Below, piece after piece: positions 31,340-41,374 of a stretch of 64,000 bases of DNA (position 1 is the first letter of the stretch; each line of letters begins with the position of its first letter). A program made the position numbers and the translations under genes. The notes under the pieces were generated by a model, which saw nothing but the letters and a program-made list of their open reading frames with translations, was not told where the DNA came from and ran no database searches. Source of the DNA: Nitrospirota bacterium (GTDB lineage: Bacteria; Nitrospirota; UBA9217); contig CAVWHO010000013.1 in NCBI GenBank assembly GCA_963754875.1, forward strand, positions 1 to 64,000, written 5' to 3'.

Positions 31340-32623
31340 TTATCTTCTCTCCACGATCATGGCCGCGCCCTGACCTCCGCCGATGCAGAGCGTGGCAAGG
31401 CCGATCGAGAGACCGCGGCGTTCCATTTCCTTCAGCAGCGTGATCACGATCCTGAGGCCTGAGGAACCGACCGGGTGTCCCACCGCGATTGCGCCGCCGT
31501 TCACGTTCATGATATCGCGCCGAAATTCGCCGAAGGGTTCTTCGCCGGGAAGATACTTGTCGAAGAAGTCTTTGGAGACCGACGCTCTTTCGCAGGCATA
31601 GACCTGTGCGGCAAAGGCCTCGTTGAATTCGATTAGTTCGATGTCCTGCATCTTCATTTTAGCGATCTTGAGCACCTTGTTCGTGGCGAACACCGGGCCT
31701 AGGCCCATGCGCGAGGGGTCGAGCCCCGCGAAGGCCACCGCCCTGATGAAGCCGAGGGGTGCGTATCCGAGCGCTTGTGCCTTGTCGGCGCTCATGATGA
31801 GCGCTGCTGCCGCGCCGTCGGTGATCGGAGACGAATTGCCGGCGGTAACGGTCCCGTAGCGCTTGTCGAAATAGGGCGACAGTTTCTGGAGGGCCTCCAG
31901 GGTCTGGTTCTTGCGCGGGCCGATGTCTTCTTCCACGGCTTCGAATTTCGGCGGCACGTAGAAGGGGACGATCTCATTCTTGAATTTGCCCGCTTCGTTC
32001 GCAGCCGCCCATCGCTGGTGGCTCGTGAGTGCGAACTCGTCCTGTTCACGGCGCGTGATGCCGAAGTCCCGCACCAGCACCTCGGCAGTCTCTCCCATGA
32101 TGAGGCCGGAGATGGGATCGGTGAGTCCGTCGATCAAACCGACCACGGGGACGAAGTCCTTCGGCCTGAGCGAGAGGATGGCCTGCGCTTTCGCCCCCAG
32201 TGTTTTCGACCGCTGGACCGTCGTAATGACATCGCGAAGTTTCTTCTTTATATAGAAGGAATAGCTGGACATGGACTCCACGCCTGCGACCAGCACGATC
32301 CCGCTCATGCCCGCGAGGATCTGCGTGAAGGCGCTTGCCGCGGCCTGCATGCCCGAGGCGCAGTTACGCTGTACGCTGTAGGCCGGGACGCGCTGCGGAA
32401 CGTCCGCCCGGAGCGCGATCACCCGTGCGATGTTCGCCGCGTCGGCAGGCATGCCTGCGTTGCCGACGATCACCTCGTCGACAAGCTCCGTGTCGATCCC
32501 GGTACGCATGATGACTTCCTTGACGATCGCGGCCCCGAGGTCGACGGGATGGACGTCCTTGAACGCCGAACCGGCTTTTGCGTAAGGAGTGCGGAAACCA
32601 TCGATGATGACGACTTCTTTCAT
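31340..32623 (-). CDS. fadI: Acetyl-CoA C-acyltransferase (thiolase)
   Basis: RNCASG, NEAFA, NGGAIAVGHP, CIGGGQG. Confidence 0.92.
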   Translation of the reverse strand: MKEVVIIDGFRTPYAKAGSAFKDVHPVDLGAAIVKEVIMRTGIDTELVDEVIVGNAGMPADAANIARVIALRADVPQRVPAYSVQRNCASGMQAAASAFTQILAGMSGIVLVAGVESMSSYSFYIKKKLRDVITTVQRSKTLGAKAQAILSLRPKDFVPVVGLIDGLTDPISGLIMGETAEVLVRDFGITRREQDEFALTSHQRWAAANEAGKFKNEIVPFYVPPKFEAVEEDIGPRKNQTLEALQKLSPYFDKRYGTVTAGNSSPITDGAAAALIMSADKAQALGYAPLGFIRAVAFAGLDPSRMGLGPVFATNKVLKIAKMKMQDIELIEFNEAFAAQVYACERASVSKDFFDKYLPGEEPFGEFRRDIMNVNGGAIAVGHPVGSSGLRIVITLLKEMERRGLSIGLATLCIGGGQGAAMIVERR

Positions 32624-32667
32624 GATGACCTCACGAAGACAATCAAGCTAAAACACGTAAATTATTA

Positions 32668-32812
32668 ACGGCCTCATAATAGAACGAACATCGCCCTCCA
32701 ACAAAGCGGTCATTCCAGGCTTGACCTGGAATCCAGTGATTTTTTTGTGTATATTCTGGATTCCTGCTTTCGCAGGAATGACGAACGATAGGGTACATTA
32801 TTATGAGACAGT
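32668..32812. repeat. Nested palindromic element (GTCATTCC...GGAATGAC inside an outer inverted repeat)
   Basis: Inner 32709-32782; outer ACGGCCTCATAATA / TATTATGAGACAGT. Confidence 0.6.
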
Positions 32813-32840
32813 AAGATTAGACCTCGGCGTCCTGCTTACT

Positions 32841-34559
32841 CTACTTCTTTGCAGTTTGTACTTCCCGTTTTTTCATTTCCTCATCCCGCAGGACACGGCG
32901 GAGCACTTTCCCGACCAGGGTCTTCGGAAGTTGGTCGCGGAATTCGATTTCCTTCGGGACTTTGAACTTCGAGAGCTGTTCGCGGCAGTACTGGATGAGT
33001 TCCTCTGCTGTAGCAATCTGGCCCTCCTTCAAAACGATGTACGCCTTGATCTTTTCACCCAGATATTCCTCGTGCGGGAGGCCTACGACCACTGCTTCTT
33101 TCACTTTCGGATGCATGTACAGCACTTCTTCGACCTCACGGGGGTAGACGTTTTCCCCTACGGTTTTGATCATGTCCTTGATGCGGTCGACAATGTAAAA
33201 ATATCCGTCTTCGTCCATTTTTGCGATATCGCCGGTGTGGAGCCAGCCGTTGCGAAGCGTCTGGGCGGTTTCCTCCGGTTTGTTCCAGTAGCCTTTCATT
33301 ACCTGCGGTCCCCTGATGACGAGTTCTCCTGTTTCGCCGACAGGCAGCACCTGCTCGCCCGTATCGAGGTCCACGATGCGGGCTTCCGTGTCCGGCCAGG
33401 GAAGACCGATGCTCCCGATCTTGCGCGTGCCGAAAATAGGATTGGCATGGGTCACCGGCGACGCTTCTGACAGACCGTAGCCTTCCACGATCCGCGCCTT
33501 GGTCAGCCGCTCGAATTGCTCCTGCACCTCGCGCATGAGCGGGCCCGCGCCGCTCAGCGCGGCCTGGAGCGAGGTGAGATCGTATTTTTTGATGCCGGGA
33601 TAATTGCTGATCGCCAGGTACATGGCCTGGATGCCGGGAAAAATCGTTGGGTGATACTTGTTGATGATCCTGATGACCTCTTTCGTGTGGAATTTGGGGA
33701 CCAGGATCATTTCAGCGCCGATCAGCACGCCGAGGTTCATGGCCGTGGTCATGCCGTAAACGTGGAAGAAGGGGATGGCTCCAAGGACGATCTCCTTGCC
33801 TTCCTGCACATGGGAGAACCACGCCCTGGCCTGCGTTGCATTCACTATGAGATTCCGGTGTGTCAGGACCGCACCTTTGGGAACGCCCGTTGTCCCTCCC
33901 GTGTATTGCAGCAGCGCTGTATCGGTCGGAGCCACGTCAGCGGCTGGCGGCGTCGACGGTGCGTGTTGGATCATTTTTCGGAAATCATATAACGGTGCTC
34001 TGCGCCTGACGCTGACCCATTGTTTTTCGATCCGCGCTTTGAGCGGGTACAAAACATTCAACGGGAAGGGGAGAAAGTCTTTGATGCCGCAGAGAACCAC
34101 GTGTTTCACCTTCGTACGCGGCAGGACGTGGGAAATGACGGGATAAAACATGTCGACCGCAACAAGTGTCTCGGCCCCGCTGTCCTTGAGCTGGATCTCG
34201 AGTTCGTGCTCATGATACAGTGGGTTCGTCGGTACGGCCACGCCGCCGATGCGCAGTGTGCCGTAATACGCGATCACCATCTGCGGAATGTTGGGGAGCA
34301 TAAGCGCCACGCGGTCCCCCTTCCGAATTCCCAAATCAATGAGTGCGTGGGCAAATTGGTTTATCAGAGCATCCAGTTCTAGGTAGGTGATTTTCTTTCC
34401 GTAAAACAAGAGCGCTGTGTGATGTGGATATTTTCCAGCGGTCCGGGAAAGGACATTCCCGAGGGTAATTTCGGGGTAGGTAAGAGATGGTGCTACGCCG
34501 GCCTCGTAAAATTTCAGCCACGGACGTTCGTTATTTTTGTCTGTCATGACGGCAGCCAT
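32841..34559 (-). CDS. fadD: Long-chain fatty acid-CoA ligase
   Basis: YTGGTTGVPKG, EGYGLSE, WLHTGD, LPKTLVGK. Confidence 0.95.
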   Translation of the reverse strand: MAAVMTDKNNERPWLKFYEAGVAPSLTYPEITLGNVLSRTAGKYPHHTALLFYGKKITYLELDALINQFAHALIDLGIRKGDRVALMLPNIPQMVIAYYGTLRIGGVAVPTNPLYHEHELEIQLKDSGAETLVAVDMFYPVISHVLPRTKVKHVVLCGIKDFLPFPLNVLYPLKARIEKQWVSVRRRAPLYDFRKMIQHAPSTPPAADVAPTDTALLQYTGGTTGVPKGAVLTHRNLIVNATQARAWFSHVQEGKEIVLGAIPFFHVYGMTTAMNLGVLIGAEMILVPKFHTKEVIRIINKYHPTIFPGIQAMYLAISNYPGIKKYDLTSLQAALSGAGPLMREVQEQFERLTKARIVEGYGLSEASPVTHANPIFGTRKIGSIGLPWPDTEARIVDLDTGEQVLPVGETGELVIRGPQVMKGYWNKPEETAQTLRNGWLHTGDIAKMDEDGYFYIVDRIKDMIKTVGENVYPREVEEVLYMHPKVKEAVVVGLPHEEYLGEKIKAYIVLKEGQIATAEELIQYCREQLSKFKVPKEIEFRDQLPKTLVGKVLRRVLRDEEMKKREVQTAKK

Positions 34560-34788
34560 AGATGAAACCTCCCCTTTCAGTTCAATGGCACCTCCGCTTC
34601 AGTATCTTCGCTCTGGTGTATTTCAGACTGAAATCATCTTTCATGATTTCTAGTACTATTATACCACAGCGGGGAAGGCATATATTTTCTGCGAAAGACA
34701 GCTGTCGCACCGGTGACGCTCATCATTTTTTCCGGGAGTCAACCATTGAGGCATGAAGAAAGAAAGAGTCCTGTTGCCTCTGCTGTTG

Positions 34789-36042
34789 TCAGTGCTGACG
34801 TGCTTTCGAGTGAAATCGTCGATTTCTGCTGAAAGGAGAAGGGTTCTGCCGCTGAAGTGCGGAAGCACGCTGTTTTTCTTCCGCAGACCGCCTGATTTCC
34901 TTGATATACATCGTATCCTCCGCCCATTCCACGGGGATCTTCTGGCCGATGTATTTTTCGATGTCTTCGAGGGAAAAGACGTACTCCTCATCAGCGAGAC
35001 TGAGCGCCTTGCCGGTTGCCCCGGCGCGGCCGGTGCGGCCGATCCGGTGTACGTAGTCTTCAGCGTCCTGCGGTAAATCGTAATTGATGACATGCGTAAC
35101 AGCTTCCACGTGGATGCCCCGGCTGGCAACGTCGGTTGCCACGAGCACGGGCAGTTTCCCCTCTTTGAATTCCGCAAGGAGCCGGAGCCGTTTCTTCTGA
35201 ATGATGTCTCCGGTGATTGCGTCGGCTTTCCAGCCGTTGCGGTTCAGACGTTCGACGACCATATCGGCAGCGCGCCGGGTGTTGACGAAGATGAGCGTAC
35301 GGAGGGGCTGTTCTTTCTTGAGGATGCCGAGCAGGAGCGGGAGCTTCTCGTGTTTGCCGACATGATACAGGACCTGCTCGACCTGTTCAACCGTGATTTT
35401 CTCGGGCGTAATCGATATCTTTTCCGGAAGGTTCATGTGCTCGTAGGCGAGTTCCATGACCCGGTAGGAGAGCGTCGCGGAGAAGAGCATGGACTGGCGT
35501 TTGGTGTAGGGAGGCATTTTCTTGATGAGATACCGCAGGTCGTCGATGAACCCCATGTCGAACATGCGGTCCGCTTCATCAATGATCAGGTACCGGCTTT
35601 TCTTCAGGCTGTATACATGCTGCTTAAAATAGTCGATGAGTCTCCCCGGCGTGCCGATGAGTACGTCGACGCCCTTCTGCAGGATGTCCATCTGTTTCTG
35701 ATAATCGATGCCGCCGTACACGGCGAGGCAGCGAAAGCCCGTGAACTTGCCGAGCCGCTCGGCCTCATGAAATATCTGATCCGCAAGTTCGCGCGTCGGC
35801 GCTATGATGAGGGCCTGGGGAGAGTTCCCCAAATCGGTCGCCGGATTTCTTTCCATCCGTGTGAAGAGAGAAATAAGAAAGGCCGCGGTTTTGCCCGTCC
35901 CCGTCTGTGCCTGCGCGGCCACATCTTCACCCCGGACCGCCCGGGGGATCACAGCCTCTTGCACCGCTGTACATGCCGTGAAACCGGAGTGCTCGATACC
36001 TTGCATTATTTCAAAGGGCAGATCCAACTCACTAAAGTTCAT
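34789..36042 (-). CDS. rhlB: DEAD-box RNA helicase (RhlB-like)
   Basis: AQTGTGKT, PTRELA, DEAD, SAT, HRIGRTGRAG. Confidence 0.88.
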   Translation of the reverse strand: MNFSELDLPFEIMQGIEHSGFTACTAVQEAVIPRAVRGEDVAAQAQTGTGKTAAFLISLFTRMERNPATDLGNSPQALIIAPTRELADQIFHEAERLGKFTGFRCLAVYGGIDYQKQMDILQKGVDVLIGTPGRLIDYFKQHVYSLKKSRYLIIDEADRMFDMGFIDDLRYLIKKMPPYTKRQSMLFSATLSYRVMELAYEHMNLPEKISITPEKITVEQVEQVLYHVGKHEKLPLLLGILKKEQPLRTLIFVNTRRAADMVVERLNRNGWKADAITGDIIQKKRLRLLAEFKEGKLPVLVATDVASRGIHVEAVTHVINYDLPQDAEDYVHRIGRTGRAGATGKALSLADEEYVFSLEDIEKYIGQKIPVEWAEDTMYIKEIRRSAEEKQRASALQRQNPSPFSRNRRFHSKARQH

Positions 36043-36524
36043 ACATCTCCGTTTCTGAAGGAAGACAATTTGTCAACAAATTATTCACTGTAGTATACCA
36101 TAAGTGCCGGAGCGAACGAAAGTAAAATAATGAAAGGGACGTCGAAAGGTCATCACCGTCATTCGCCGGGTTTGACTATTTAAACTCATCTTTACCTCAA
36201 AATGATCGGCATCATACAGAGAGGATAAAATTAATCCTCAATGTGCGTGAATGATGCTTGCGATTTTCGGCGTGCGGGTGAACGGAGAATCACCGGCTGT
36301 TTATGCGGTCAATATCGTCATATCGCACCAGGAGGGGGGATGCGAGGCGTTATCTCGATTTATAATCAGCGCCGCAGACGCCAGGAACAGCAAGAGCTAT
36401 GCACCATAAAAAGTGGTTATTTAGAGTGTAAAACATTAATTTTTTGTACCTATTTTACAAGATGTGAATTCAAGTGTTGATAAATTGTCTAACGTTATGA
36501 AAGATAATTTTTTTTATTTTCTTG

Positions 36525-36559
36525 TTGACAAATAATACACTCTTGTTGTATATTTGTCC
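36525..36559 (+). promoter_or_regulatory. Sigma70 promoter overlapped by an inverted repeat (candidate autoregulatory operator)
   Basis: TTGACA...TATATT; GACAAATA-N16-TATTTGTC. Confidence 0.55.
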
Positions 36560-36576
36560 ACGAGGAGAAAACAAAC

Positions 36577-37143
36577 GTGCTGACAAAACTCTTCTCTTCC
36601 ACAAGAGCGGAGCTTTTAGGCCTGTTCTTTAATAATCCGGATGACCGCTTCTATTTGAGAGAGATAGCCCGCCACATCGGCAAAGATGCGGCAGGGATCA
36701 AACGGGAACTGGACAACCTGGTCAAGATGGGGCTTCTGGCAAGGGAGAAGCGGGGTGTTCAGAAATACTACTTTGCGAACAAGAACTCGCCCATCTTTTC
36801 TGAAATGAAGGGGTTGATCTTCAAAACCACCGGCGTCCAGGGCGCGATGAAAGCGTCGCTTTCCCGGCTAAAAGGCGTTCAGGTTGCATTAATTTACGGT
36901 TCCTATGCAAAGGGCGCTGAAAAAGAAGACAGCAATATAAATCTGATGGTAATCGGCCAGGCGAACATCACGGAGTTGAACGACACGGTGATGGGGCTGG
37001 AAGAAAAATTGAAGCGTGACATCGATTACCTGGTGTTCGACGAGCAGGAATACCGGAAGCGCAAGGAATCGAAAGATCCGTTCATCCGGGAGATATTAAA
37101 AGGCAAAAAGATTTTCCTGGCAGGCAGGGAAGATGACATATGA
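36577..37143 (+). CDS. wHTH plus minimal nucleotidyltransferase (MNT) protein, DxD motif replaced by NxN
   Basis: FYLREIAR...IKRELDNL; YGSYAKGAEKEDSNINL (canonical GSxxxG...SDIDL). Confidence 0.85.
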   Translation: MLTKLFSSTRAELLGLFFNNPDDRFYLREIARHIGKDAAGIKRELDNLVKMGLLAREKRGVQKYYFANKNSPIFSEMKGLIFKTTGVQGAMKASLSRLKGVQVALIYGSYAKGAEKEDSNINLMVIGQANITELNDTVMGLEEKLKRDIDYLVFDEQEYRKRKESKDPFIREILKGKKIFLAGREDDI

Positions 37144-37618
37144 ATCGCTAAAAGAAATGGGCATCGTTGAGGAACGGGCTGCTGAGATCACGGAGATTAT
37201 CGCTCTCGTGACCAGGGCGGAACGAGATCTGTCAACGAGCAAGATCCTGGAGGACAAGGATGAGGAGTGGGCATTTGCCGCAGCGTATTTAGCCATGGTC
37301 CGGTCGGCAAGAGCTCTCATCCTATCCGAGGGCCTTCGCCCCAAAGGGGTTCGCGGAAGAGACGCTCAGAAAACGGTAGTGACGGCTGCAGGAGTCATTC
37401 TCGGCGGCCACTATAAAAGCCTGATCAATAAGTTCGATCGCATGAGAAGAAAATATCAGAGTTTCATGGAAGAGGCCGGTCGTATGATCTCCCAGTATGA
37501 AGCTGGACAGGCCATTAAGGACGCAGCTGAATTCATCGAACTGGTAAACGGGAGAATCCGGGAAAAATACTCACAGATGTCACTGCTGAATGATGTTCCT
37601 CAGCTTGTTTCAAGATAA
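37133..37618 (+). CDS. HEPN-like domain protein with degenerate active site
   Basis: AERDL...AFAAAYLAMVRSARAL...GLRP; FDRMRRKYQSF lacks Rx4-6H/Y; 11-nt overlap with the MNT gene. Confidence 0.75.
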   Translation: MTYESLKEMGIVEERAAEITEIIALVTRAERDLSTSKILEDKDEEWAFAAAYLAMVRSARALILSEGLRPKGVRGRDAQKTVVTAAGVILGGHYKSLINKFDRMRRKYQSFMEEAGRMISQYEAGQAIKDAAEFIELVNGRIREKYSQMSLLNDVPQLVSR

Positions 37619-37666
37619 GGCCGCTTAAGGTCAAAACGCGGTATGCCGAAAGGGGGTGGAAAACTA

Positions 37667-37729
37667 ATGGCAGCCAAGAAAAAAGCGAAGAAGAAGGCAA
37701 CCAAGAAGAAAGCCACCAAAAAGAAGTAG
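37667..37729 (+). CDS. 20-aa Lys-rich micropeptide MAAKKKAKKKATKKKATKKK
   Basis: RBS AAAGGGGGTG, ATG...TAG, mixed AAG/AAA codons, downstream GC hairpin at about 37761-37787. Confidence 0.7.
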   Translation: MAAKKKAKKKATKKKATKKK

Positions 37730-37883
37730 TTTTTATTCCATAGTGTCCCTGCAGTGGGGCCCGCCGGGGGCATTCGCGCCCCCGGCGTATTTCAAGACCG
37801 GCTCACGTCGTACCATTTAGAGAGTGTTATTATTCATTGTTGTTCATCCGAATATTCCGCTGAGGAAAGGGGGTGAGGTATTC

Positions 37884-37943
37884 ATGGCGACAAAGAAAAA
37901 GGCCCCGGCAAAAAAGGCAAAAAAGACCACCAAAAAGAAATAA
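37884..37943 (+). CDS. 19-aa Lys-rich micropeptide MATKKKAPAKKAKKTTKKK
   Basis: Same RBS AAAGGGGGTG, ATG...TAA, downstream terminator-like ACCACGAAG...CTTCGTGGTTTT. Confidence 0.7.
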   Translation: MATKKKAPAKKAKKTTKKK

Positions 37944-38080
37944 CCAGTGTGCAACGATGACGTACCTCGATAGTGCCATCTGCAACTCTACCACGAAGCC
38001 GGTCTTCGTGGTTTTGTTTTTAGAAAACCTTTTCCATTTCAGCCGGCCCGGTCAGGATGTGGCCAACGAGACGAAGAATT

Positions 38081-38407
38081 ATGCGTAAACGGAATACTCT
38101 GAAATCTGATAGAAATTTCCGGAGTTTTTACCGCAGGAAACTTATCGTTGCCGCCGGAATCCTTTTCGCTCTGTATCTCATTGCAAACTTCATGTTTGGT
38201 GAAATGGGCGTGATCAAATACTATCGGATGAAGACGCAATATAATACCCTCACGAGAGACATCGCAACGCTCAAACAGGACAATGCAAAACTTGCGCGGG
38301 AGGTCCGCGCCTTGAAGACCGATCCCGACCATCTTGAGCAGATTGCCCGGGATAAACTCGGACTTGCGCGTCAAGGGGAGATAGTGTACTATTATGGCGA
38401 GCCCTGA
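38081..38407 (+). CDS. ftsB: Septum formation initiator FtsB/DivIC
   Basis: TM helix, FGEMG, coiled coil, LEQIARDKLGLARQGEIVY. Confidence 0.88.
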   Translation: MRKRNTLKSDRNFRSFYRRKLIVAAGILFALYLIANFMFGEMGVIKYYRMKTQYNTLTRDIATLKQDNAKLAREVRALKTDPDHLEQIARDKLGLARQGEIVYYYGEP

Positions 38408-38541
38408 GAGCAGGCAAACTGGACTGCTCAAGCAAGGGTCCTCGTGCCGAATCGCTGAAATTTTACGGTATTGATGCATTTCAGCTGTGTGCAAAGAGGA
38501 AGAAATGCAGGGATGAGAAGATCGGTCTCGTCCTCATCACC

Positions 38542-40746
38542 ATGTCGAATGATCCTCTCTCCATAGCCTTTGTATGGCACATGCATCAGCCCTACTACAA
38601 GGACGACATTACCGGCTCCTATATTCTTCCCTGGGTCAGGATGCACGGGATCAAGGATTACTATGACATGCCCGCGCTGTTGACCGACTTTCCCGACATT
38701 CACCAGACGTTCAACCTCGTTCCCTCGCTGCTCAAGCAAATCCGTGATTACGTCGAGAACCATGCTGATGACAAATTCCTGGCCCTGACGCTCAAGCCCG
38801 CTGCGGAACTTGACCAGGGGGATAAACTGTTCCTGCTCAAAAACTCCTTCATGGCGAACTGGGACACCATGGTCAGACCTTATCCGTCGTACTGGATGCT
38901 GCTTGACCGCAGGGGCTACAGCGTTTCTCCCAACGATCTCGAAAATGCCACGCGGTATTTTACGACCCAGGATTATCTGGACTTGCAGGTCTGGTTCAAT
39001 CTGGCCTGGTTTGATCCCCTGTTCAAACAGACCGACCCGTTTCTCAAAGGCTTGATCCGGAAAGGCTCTGGTTTTTCCGAGAACGAAAAGACGCTCCTCA
39101 TTCAGAAACAGCGCGAGGTTATGGCACTGATCATACCGGTCTACAAGCAGTTGGCAGAGCTGGGCAGGATCGAGTTGACGACCACGCCTTTCTATCATCC
39201 GATTCTCCCGCTCCTGTTCGATACCGACCTTGCAAAGGTGGCTGTGCCCGACATCCGCCTGCCGGCAAAACGGTTTGCCCACCCCGAGGACGCCAAGGCC
39301 CAGGTCGACCGCGCGCTTGTCTATCACGAGAAACTGTTCGGCGCACGTCCGTCCGGAATGTGGCCGGCCGAGGGTTCGGTCGCCGAAGAAATTATTCCTC
39401 TTCTTGCTGATTCCGGAATCAAGTGGATCGGTTCGGATGAAGGGGTCCTGAGCCGCTCACTCGGCATCCATATCGATCGGGACTTTGCCGGCGTAATGAG
39501 GAACCCCGACGTGCTTTACAAACCTTATCTTGCCGGCAAGGGGGATAAACGCGTCTCGATTGTGTTCCGCGATCATACTCTGTCCGATCTTATCGGGTTC
39601 GTCTATTCCAAGTGGGACTACAAAAACGCGGTCCATGATCTTATTGACCGGCTCCACCGGGTCCGAAAAGGACTTTCCGACGGCCCTCATCTCGTGTCGA
39701 TCATTCTTGACGGCGAGAACGCCTGGGAATACTATCAGAACGATGGCAGGGATTTTTTCCTCTATCTCTACGAACGCTTGAGCGGGGAGCAGGGGCTTCG
39801 GTGCGTGACGGTAGGGGAATATCTCCGGGAGCATCCTGCGCAGGCCGTTATTGACCGGCTCCACGCGGGGTCATGGATAAACGCGAACTACCGCATCTGG
39901 ATCGGGCATGAAGAAGACAATCGGGCGTGGGACCTTCTCGCTCAAACGCGCGAGGCCCTGACGGACTATGCAAGCGGAAACGCGGACCCCGAGAAACTGG
40001 CGAAGGCCTGGGAAGAGATCTATATCGCCGAGGGGAGCGACTGGTGCTGGTGGTACGGGGACGACCATTATTCCGAGAATGACGAGGAGTTTGACCTGCT
40101 CTTCAGGACGCACCTGATGAACGTTTACCGGATCATCGGTCTCGATGTTCCCGACGAACTCCAGATATCCATTTTGCGCGAGGACCGGCAGACGCTGCCC
40201 ACGGTCGAGCTTACGGCCTTCATTTCTCCGACGATCGACGGCCAGGTGACGAATTATTTCGAATGGCTCCCGGCCGGCTTCTATGATGTAAGCCAGGGCG
40301 GCGGAGCGATGCATCGGGGGGCGTCGATCATAACACACATCTATTACGGGTTCGACCTCAAGAACATGTTCCTCCGTATCGATCCGAGCGGGAGCCTGAA
40401 GGACGAAAAGGTCTCCGAGCTTGCGTTCTTCGTCAATTTTCTGAATCCGAAAAATATGGATGTGGAAATCCGCGTCTCGCCCCAGGAACGGCGCGTGAGT
40501 GCAACGCTCTTCCGCGGGGACAGCGAAAATCGTCAACAGGCGGCCGCGATCAACACCGTTGCAGCCAATGATATCATTGAACTCGCCGTTCCCTTCGAGT
40601 TGCTGGGGGTCAAGCAGAACGATGAGCTCCAGATCTTTGTAACGGTAGAGCGTTCGGGGTCTGAAATCGAGAAGTGGCCTTACCGCGGCTACATTCAGTT
40701 TAAAGTGCCGACCGATGATTTCGAGGCAATGATGTGGCAGGTGTAG
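38542..40746 (+). CDS. Glycoside hydrolase family 57 (amylopullulanase-like) with C-terminal beta domain
   Basis: WHMHQP, YHPILPL, GMWPAEG, LDGENAWE, AEGSDWCWW. Confidence 0.93.
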   Translation: MSNDPLSIAFVWHMHQPYYKDDITGSYILPWVRMHGIKDYYDMPALLTDFPDIHQTFNLVPSLLKQIRDYVENHADDKFLALTLKPAAELDQGDKLFLLKNSFMANWDTMVRPYPSYWMLLDRRGYSVSPNDLENATRYFTTQDYLDLQVWFNLAWFDPLFKQTDPFLKGLIRKGSGFSENEKTLLIQKQREVMALIIPVYKQLAELGRIELTTTPFYHPILPLLFDTDLAKVAVPDIRLPAKRFAHPEDAKAQVDRALVYHEKLFGARPSGMWPAEGSVAEEIIPLLADSGIKWIGSDEGVLSRSLGIHIDRDFAGVMRNPDVLYKPYLAGKGDKRVSIVFRDHTLSDLIGFVYSKWDYKNAVHDLIDRLHRVRKGLSDGPHLVSIILDGENAWEYYQNDGRDFFLYLYERLSGEQGLRCVTVGEYLREHPAQAVIDRLHAGSWINANYRIWIGHEEDNRAWDLLAQTREALTDYASGNADPEKLAKAWEEIYIAEGSDWCWWYGDDHYSENDEEFDLLFRTHLMNVYRIIGLDVPDELQISILREDRQTLPTVELTAFISPTIDGQVTNYFEWLPAGFYDVSQGGGAMHRGASIITHIYYGFDLKNMFLRIDPSGSLKDEKVSELAFFVNFLNPKNMDVEIRVSPQERRVSATLFRGDSENRQQAAAINTVAANDIIELAVPFELLGVKQNDELQIFVTVERSGSEIEKWPYRGYIQFKVPTDDFEAMMWQV

Positions 40747-40784
40747 CAATCCCACCCCGCATCCGCGTTTGATACAGTTGAAGT

Positions 40785-40816
40785 AAAAAAAGGCGCCCTT
40801 TTCAGGGCGCCTTTTT
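40785..40816. terminator. Bidirectional intrinsic terminator
   Basis: AAAAAAAGGCGCCCT-TTTC-AGGGCGCCTTTTT. Confidence 0.8.
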
Positions 40817-40824
40817 ATAAAAAC

Positions 40825-41374
40825 ATCCTGAAATACCCAGCAGCTCTGCTGCTGGGATGAAAAGGATATCCTGACGAAGTCAGGATGAGAATCTGTTACA
40901 ATACGGGCCATGAGCCCATTGAGAAGAAGCAAACATAGCGTCTATGATCTGAAGTACCATTTTGTATGGATACCAAAATATCGAAGGAAGCTGTTCAGCG
41001 ATCGAATGACGACGAGACTGAAAGAGATATTTCGTGAGATCGCAGAGCGATATGAATTTGAAATAGATACGATGGAAGCAATGGATGATCATGTGCATTT
41101 GTTTTTGGTTGTGCCACCGAAGTATGCTCCAGCGAGGGTAGTACAGATAATCAAAAGCATATCGGCAAAGATGATGTTTCGAGAATTCCCCGAGATAAAG
41201 AAAAAACTTTGGGGAGGAGAACTCTGGAATGACGGCTACTTTGTCCGTTCGGTTGGCGACAAAGTAACGGCAGAAGTTATAAGAAAGTATATTCGGTATC
41301 AGCATGATGAGCAAGTTGGCTTTAGGTTCTAGCGCATTTAGGATGCCCCGCAGCTCTGCTGCGGGGTAATTCAC
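40825..41374 (+). mobile_element. IS200-type element (tnpA only, no tnpB); left boundary approximate
   Basis: Related subterminal hairpins CCCAGCAGCTCTGCTGCTGGG (40836-40856) and CCCCGCAGCTCTGCTGCGGGG (41346-41366) followed by TTCAC. Confidence 0.85.
40910..41332 (+). CDS. tnpA: IS200/IS605 Y1 HUH transposase
   Basis: YHFVWIPKYR, DHVHL, LWNDGYF, KYIRYQ. Confidence 0.95.
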   Translation: MSPLRRSKHSVYDLKYHFVWIPKYRRKLFSDRMTTRLKEIFREIAERYEFEIDTMEAMDDHVHLFLVVPPKYAPARVVQIIKSISAKMMFREFPEIKKKLWGGELWNDGYFVRSVGDKVTAEVIRKYIRYQHDEQVGFRF

